Notes under the pieces: generated by a model
Database searches by the model: none
The model's input: only the letters and a program-made list of their open reading frames with translations
What the model was told of the DNA's origin: nothing
Origin: Saprospiraceae bacterium
GTDB lineage: Bacteria; Bacteroidota; Bacteroidia; Chitinophagales; Saprospiraceae
Reading direction: 5' to 3'
DNA length: 64,000 bases
Assembly: GCA_016787285.1 (NCBI GenBank)
Contig: JAEUUV010000242.1
Coordinates: 8,905-72,904, forward strand
Made by a program: the position numbers and the translations under genes
Shown: piece after piece, positions 60,614 to 64,000 of the stretch
Position numbering within the stretch: position 1 is the stretch's first letter
Layout: each line of letters opens with the position of its first letter

Positions 60614-62338
60614 CTACCGAAACGCATACTCCACGCCCGTCACCTGCGTGAGCAGGGTTTGCGGCGCATCGAGTACTTTGGCATAGCCGCGCGGCCTGGG
60701 GGTCACGGGCGAATTGGCGGCCAGATAGTCGCGCATCGTTTGGTGCAGGGTAAATTCCGTATTGACGGTGTTTTTGACATTCGGAATGCGGCACAGCATG
60801 GTCTCCGGGTCACCGTCGCGCTCGCAGGCAGCAATGGTGTAACTGCGTGCAGGATCAAGCGGCTGATTGCCCACCATCACTTTTTGCACGCGTTTCCCCG
60901 CCTCTCCGAAGGCATTGAACTCCACCTCCATGCCTTTGAATTTGACCACCCACCCGCCGAAGCGTTTGGATGCATCCTTCGCGAACACATTGTTCAGTTC
61001 TTTTTCTAACCAGTCCAGAATTTGTTGGCCGGTCACGGTTCCTGTCCGTATGCGCGAATCCACCGGTAGCATATCGTAGATAAAACCCTCCGTGATGGGC
61101 GCCAGCCCGTCGGCTCCTGTGTTGCGCGGCGGACAAAACCGGAACCCGTTGGACAACACAATGTCGGTATTTACCCGCCAGTCCAGCGCATCAAGGATTA
61201 GTGTGTCAATCGTGTTTTCCACCACAAAATACCGGTACAGCGGTACCGTGCTATACCCGTGCACCTTGTTGATACTCGCCACAAAGGGCGCTTCGAGGGT
61301 ATCAATCAGTTGTTGAACCGATTTTTGGGGTTTGTATTTTTTTGCATCCACTTCCATCAGTTCATAGCGCTCGCCCACGATTTTACCGTCTTTGATTTCC
61401 AGATCAAGCCGCCCGACAAAAGACCCGAAGGCGCCGGGTTCCACCACTTTGGCAAATTTGCACACGATTGGTTCGCGCACGCGCTCGTGGGTATCGCCGC
61501 CGAAAATGTAGTCCACGCCCTCGCATACCGGCAGATTCGCCAAATGAATCTGCTGCGACAAGCCGAGGTGCGCCAGCACGATCACGAAATCGCATTGCTC
61601 CTGTTCGCGCAACACCTGCACCCAGGGCGCGAGGCTTTCTTCGGGTTTGGTGTAAATGATGCCTTTCGAATAGTTTGGCGACTGCCGCAGCGGCACAAGG
61701 TGGTCCGTCAGGCCGACAAAACCGATTTTCACACCCAGGCGCGACCAGGTGGCGTAGGGCGGGAACACCAGTTCGCCGCGTTTGCCATCGCCGAGATCAT
61801 GGTACATATTGGCGCACACCTTGGGCGCATCCAGCCCGCCGAGCAGTTTTTGCATGGCTTGTTTGTAGTAGATCACCTCCCAGTTGCCGGGCAGGTACAG
61901 GTCGTAGCCAAGCGCATTGAGAATGGGGACAAAGGCTTTGCCGGTAGTTTTCACCGACAGTTCGCTGCCCTGAAACATGTCGCCCGTATCCACGATGAAC
62001 GTATCGGGATTCGACTTGCGCACCTTGTCGAACAAGGTAGCCAACTGCGCGTAGCCGGCTGTCTTTCGGAAAACCATGCCGTTGTTTTCCCAAAACAACT
62101 CGTCGTGCGGGTGAATCTGGCAATGCACATCGGTGGTTTGCAGCAGGGTGATGGTGCCCGACCGGGGCGGGGGGGGCGCATCTGCGGCATGTTCTTCCCC
62201 GGCAAGGGGTATTTCAGCCGGTTTTGTCAGCGCAGCCGCCGTGGACAAAGGCGCCAGCGTGGCACCGAGCCCAAGCAGTGAGCCTGTTTTGAGAAAATCG
62301 CGGCGAGAAGCGCCTTTTTTCGTTTCTGTTTTTTTCAT
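60614..62338 (-). CDS. soxB: Thiosulfohydrolase SoxB-like dimetallo-phosphoesterase (Tat-exported)
   Basis: Tat motif SRRDFLKTGSLLGLGA. The calcineurin-like motifs are present (TTDVHCQ, GDMFQGS, GNWE, GGDTHE) together with a 5'-nucleotidase C-terminal domain. At 574 aa the size matches SoxB. Confidence 0.7.
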   Translation of the reverse strand: MKKTETKKGASRRDFLKTGSLLGLGATLAPLSTAAALTKPAEIPLAGEEHAADAPPPPRSGTITLLQTTDVHCQIHPHDELFWENNGMVFRKTAGYAQLATLFDKVRKSNPDTFIVDTGDMFQGSELSVKTTGKAFVPILNALGYDLYLPGNWEVIYYKQAMQKLLGGLDAPKVCANMYHDLGDGKRGELVFPPYATWSRLGVKIGFVGLTDHLVPLRQSPNYSKGIIYTKPEESLAPWVQVLREQEQCDFVIVLAHLGLSQQIHLANLPVCEGVDYIFGGDTHERVREPIVCKFAKVVEPGAFGSFVGRLDLEIKDGKIVGERYELMEVDAKKYKPQKSVQQLIDTLEAPFVASINKVHGYSTVPLYRYFVVENTIDTLILDALDWRVNTDIVLSNGFRFCPPRNTGADGLAPITEGFIYDMLPVDSRIRTGTVTGQQILDWLEKELNNVFAKDASKRFGGWVVKFKGMEVEFNAFGEAGKRVQKVMVGNQPLDPARSYTIAACERDGDPETMLCRIPNVKNTVNTEFTLHQTMRDYLAANSPVTPRPRGYAKVLDAPQTLLTQVTGVEYAFR

Positions 62339-63471
62339 CGTGTTGCTTTTTTCGCTGCAAGGATCGGCTGAAATGGGCCGTATTTGTGCTGAGTTTCAGG
62401 AAAAGTATCGGAATATGGTCCGAACGGGTGGTCGAACGGTTTGCCGGCGACCTTGGGAAAGTCAGTGTCCAGAAAGCGGTGTTTGGGCCGCGGTTGGGAA
62501 TTGACAAACGCCGCCACGTCCCAGGCTTCCTCATCGGTCAGTTGCGGGTTGTCCCAGGTAGCGCCCAGTGGCATGTTTGCTTTCACATAGCCCGCAAAAC
62601 GGGAGAGGCGGTACAGTCCTGCCGACTCGGCATAACTTCGTTCGCCCCAAAGCGGTGGGTAGTCGCGGGTACTTTCAGGCATAGGCAGGCCCTGGCCATC
62701 GGGTCCGTGGCAACTTTGGCATTTGGCCACATACACCGCCTGGCCACGTACGGGATCGGCAGGTCGGTCGAGGTATTCCGGCGCCCACAAGCCGGAGCCT
62801 TTGGGCTTCACCTTTGCCGGCACACTTTGGCCCAGCCAGGCGATGTAGGCTTTGATCGCCAACATTTCGCGCCCGGTGGTGTCGAGCGGCTGTCCGTTGA
62901 GGCTGCGTTCGAAACAGTCGTTGACACGTTTGGCGATGGTTTCTTCGGAGCCGCTACGCTCTCGGAACTGCGGATACATGCTTTGCACGGCAGCGTAGTT
63001 GTTGCCCCAGGGCTTGCTGCCCGCATCGAGGTGGCAGCTCTGGCAGTTCAGGCCGTTGATGCTCGCCGGTCGAACGAGCCCCAGGGGACCGAAATAGTCT
63101 TGCGTATGCACCACCAGGTCGCGTCCGTAGCGAATGCGTTCCGCGTCGTCGGCCCAGTCCATACCCTCGAGATCGGGAGCCTGCCAGAGGCTGTTGGGGT
63201 CATATTCGGGTTTAAACTGGGCCAGCATACGTTTCCGTTGTGCTTCGGACTGGTTTTGAGTTTGCAAAAACAACACCGCCGAAGCAGCCACGAGCAGCAA
63301 CGCGGCAATTCTGAAAATGCCGGAGAAAACGCCGAGCGTATGCACCCGGCTCAGCCAACCCGATTCCAGACCGACAACTCCGAACCAGCGACGGGCCTGA
63401 GCAAGAGATGAACCGGATTGCCACAGCAAAAAGGCGAGCAACAATAATGCAATGGGGAAGAAATAAGCCAT
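62335..63471 (-). CDS. Dihaem c-type cytochrome, TsdA/SoxA-like, with an N-terminal TM extension
   Basis: Two haem motifs, CQSCHLDAG and CQSCHGPDG. RVNDCFERSLNG resembles the TsdA family (from memory). The gene overlaps soxB in an ATGA. Confidence 0.55.
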   Translation of the reverse strand: MAYFFPIALLLLAFLLWQSGSSLAQARRWFGVVGLESGWLSRVHTLGVFSGIFRIAALLLVAASAVLFLQTQNQSEAQRKRMLAQFKPEYDPNSLWQAPDLEGMDWADDAERIRYGRDLVVHTQDYFGPLGLVRPASINGLNCQSCHLDAGSKPWGNNYAAVQSMYPQFRERSGSEETIAKRVNDCFERSLNGQPLDTTGREMLAIKAYIAWLGQSVPAKVKPKGSGLWAPEYLDRPADPVRGQAVYVAKCQSCHGPDGQGLPMPESTRDYPPLWGERSYAESAGLYRLSRFAGYVKANMPLGATWDNPQLTDEEAWDVAAFVNSQPRPKHRFLDTDFPKVAGKPFDHPFGPYSDTFPETQHKYGPFQPILAAKKATR

Positions 63472-63528
63472 ACGGAACAGTCGAGCAAAATTTTGACTGC
63501 AAAGTAGCAGCGAATAACAGGATATGGT

Positions 63529-63546
63529 TTGTGACTTTTGTCACAA
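63529..63546. promoter_or_regulatory. Perfect CRP-type palindrome TGTGA-N6-TCACA
   Basis: TTGTGAC-TTTT-GTCACAA, 59 nt upstream of the cytochrome ATG at 63471. Confidence 0.5.
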
Positions 63547-63576
63547 GGCGAAAAAATCACCACATCGTTTCCTGCC

Positions 63577-64000
63577 TCACTTCTCCTCCCGCTCCAGTTT
63601 GAAGTTCACCCCAACATAAAACTCCCGCCCGCGCGTCGACCCCCAGGCAAACGACGGATCAAACCCGCGTGCAAAGGGTTGCTCCCAACCGAGGATGGGC
63701 TTCAATTGCCGAAAATCCAGCGCGTTCTCGCAACCGGCAAACACCTCGAATCGCCGGAAAGCCCGGCGCACCTGCAAGCCCAGCACCGTGTAGGGATCCG
63801 ACTCGTCGGGGCGGCGCAGGTGCTCCGGATTGCTGCGGGTATCGGGCAGGCGCTGTTTGCCGTACCAGTGTACGTTGGCATCGAACTGCCAGCGCTCTCC
63901 CGATGTGCGGAAGGTAGCCACCCCCAGTATCCGGTGCCGCGGATTGAAAGGCAGCAGCACGGTTTCCGTACCCTCTGCCCGGTACACATCGAGGAAATTG
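63577..64000 (-). CDS. Partial CDS: C-terminal barrel of a TonB-dependent receptor
   Basis: The frame is open to the window edge. Beta-strand pattern ...YTVLGLQVRRAF..FEVFAGCENALDF...REFYVGVNFKL. Confidence 0.6.
   Translation of the reverse strand, partial: NFLDVYRAEGTETVLLPFNPRHRILGVATFRTSGERWQFDANVHWYGKQRLPDTRSNPEHLRRPDESDPYTVLGLQVRRAFRRFEVFAGCENALDFRQLKPILGWEQPFARGFDPSFAWGSTRGREFYVGVNFKLEREEK

Noticed and set aside
62386-63411. 341-aa ORF on the plus strand
   Set aside because: It is antisense to the dihaem cytochrome gene, which has two CxxCH motifs.
1-64000. Search for mobile elements, prophage, integrase, rRNA and CRISPR-Cas
   Set aside because: I recognised no transposase, integrase, phage structural or cas-like ORF. 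The only mobility hints are the repeats and the AT-rich cassette, which are reported under findings.

Overview
The window looks like a Bacteroidota chromosome segment. The evidence is T9SS C-terminal sorting domains, TTTG-N19-TAnnTTTG promoters, A/C-rich leaders without Shine-Dalgarno sites, and an ECF-sigma/DUF4252 operon. A Saprospiraceae-like origin is only a guess. I can support about 60 protein genes and one tRNA-Leu(CAG). I saw no rRNA, CRISPR array, transposase or integrase.

The dominant feature is a 17-kb co-linear minus-strand respiratory supercluster (11160-28022). It runs actABCDEF (alternative complex III), then coxII, coxI, ctaB, coxIII, coxIII, coxIV, then accessory membrane genes.

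Other blocks:
- Secreted/T9SS proteins at 1-4928.
- pruA, coaD and an outer-membrane beta-barrel gene.
- An ECF sigma / anti-sigma / 2x DUF4252 operon.
- Ferritin and carboxynorspermidine dehydrogenase.
- xseB plus a SET-domain gene.
- A LemA-TPM-TPM operon.
- A BamA/TamA-like outer-membrane protein, mtgA and prmA.
- A 1508-aa secreted giant protein.
- Two tandem Cys-rich paralogues.
- A sulfur-oxidation-like cluster: DsrE-like, SoxB and a TsdA-like dihaem cytochrome.

The best candidate for something undescribed is an AT-rich two-gene cassette at 38438-40123. It encodes a DUF3696-like ABC/AAA ATPase and a tightly coupled small PIN-like protein, sits among housekeeping genes, and is bracketed by a dispersed GT-rich/AC-rich intergenic repeat family.

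Other points worth a second look:
- A perfect 44-bp inverted repeat with a 44-nt spacer (60407-60538).
- A perfect CRP-type palindrome upstream of the sulfur operon.
- A promoter-to-terminator unit with no ORF, a candidate sRNA (5598-5808).
- Several structured intergenic elements.

All calls come from reading the sequence and from remembered family motifs. No searches or computations were run, and start codons were chosen by eye.
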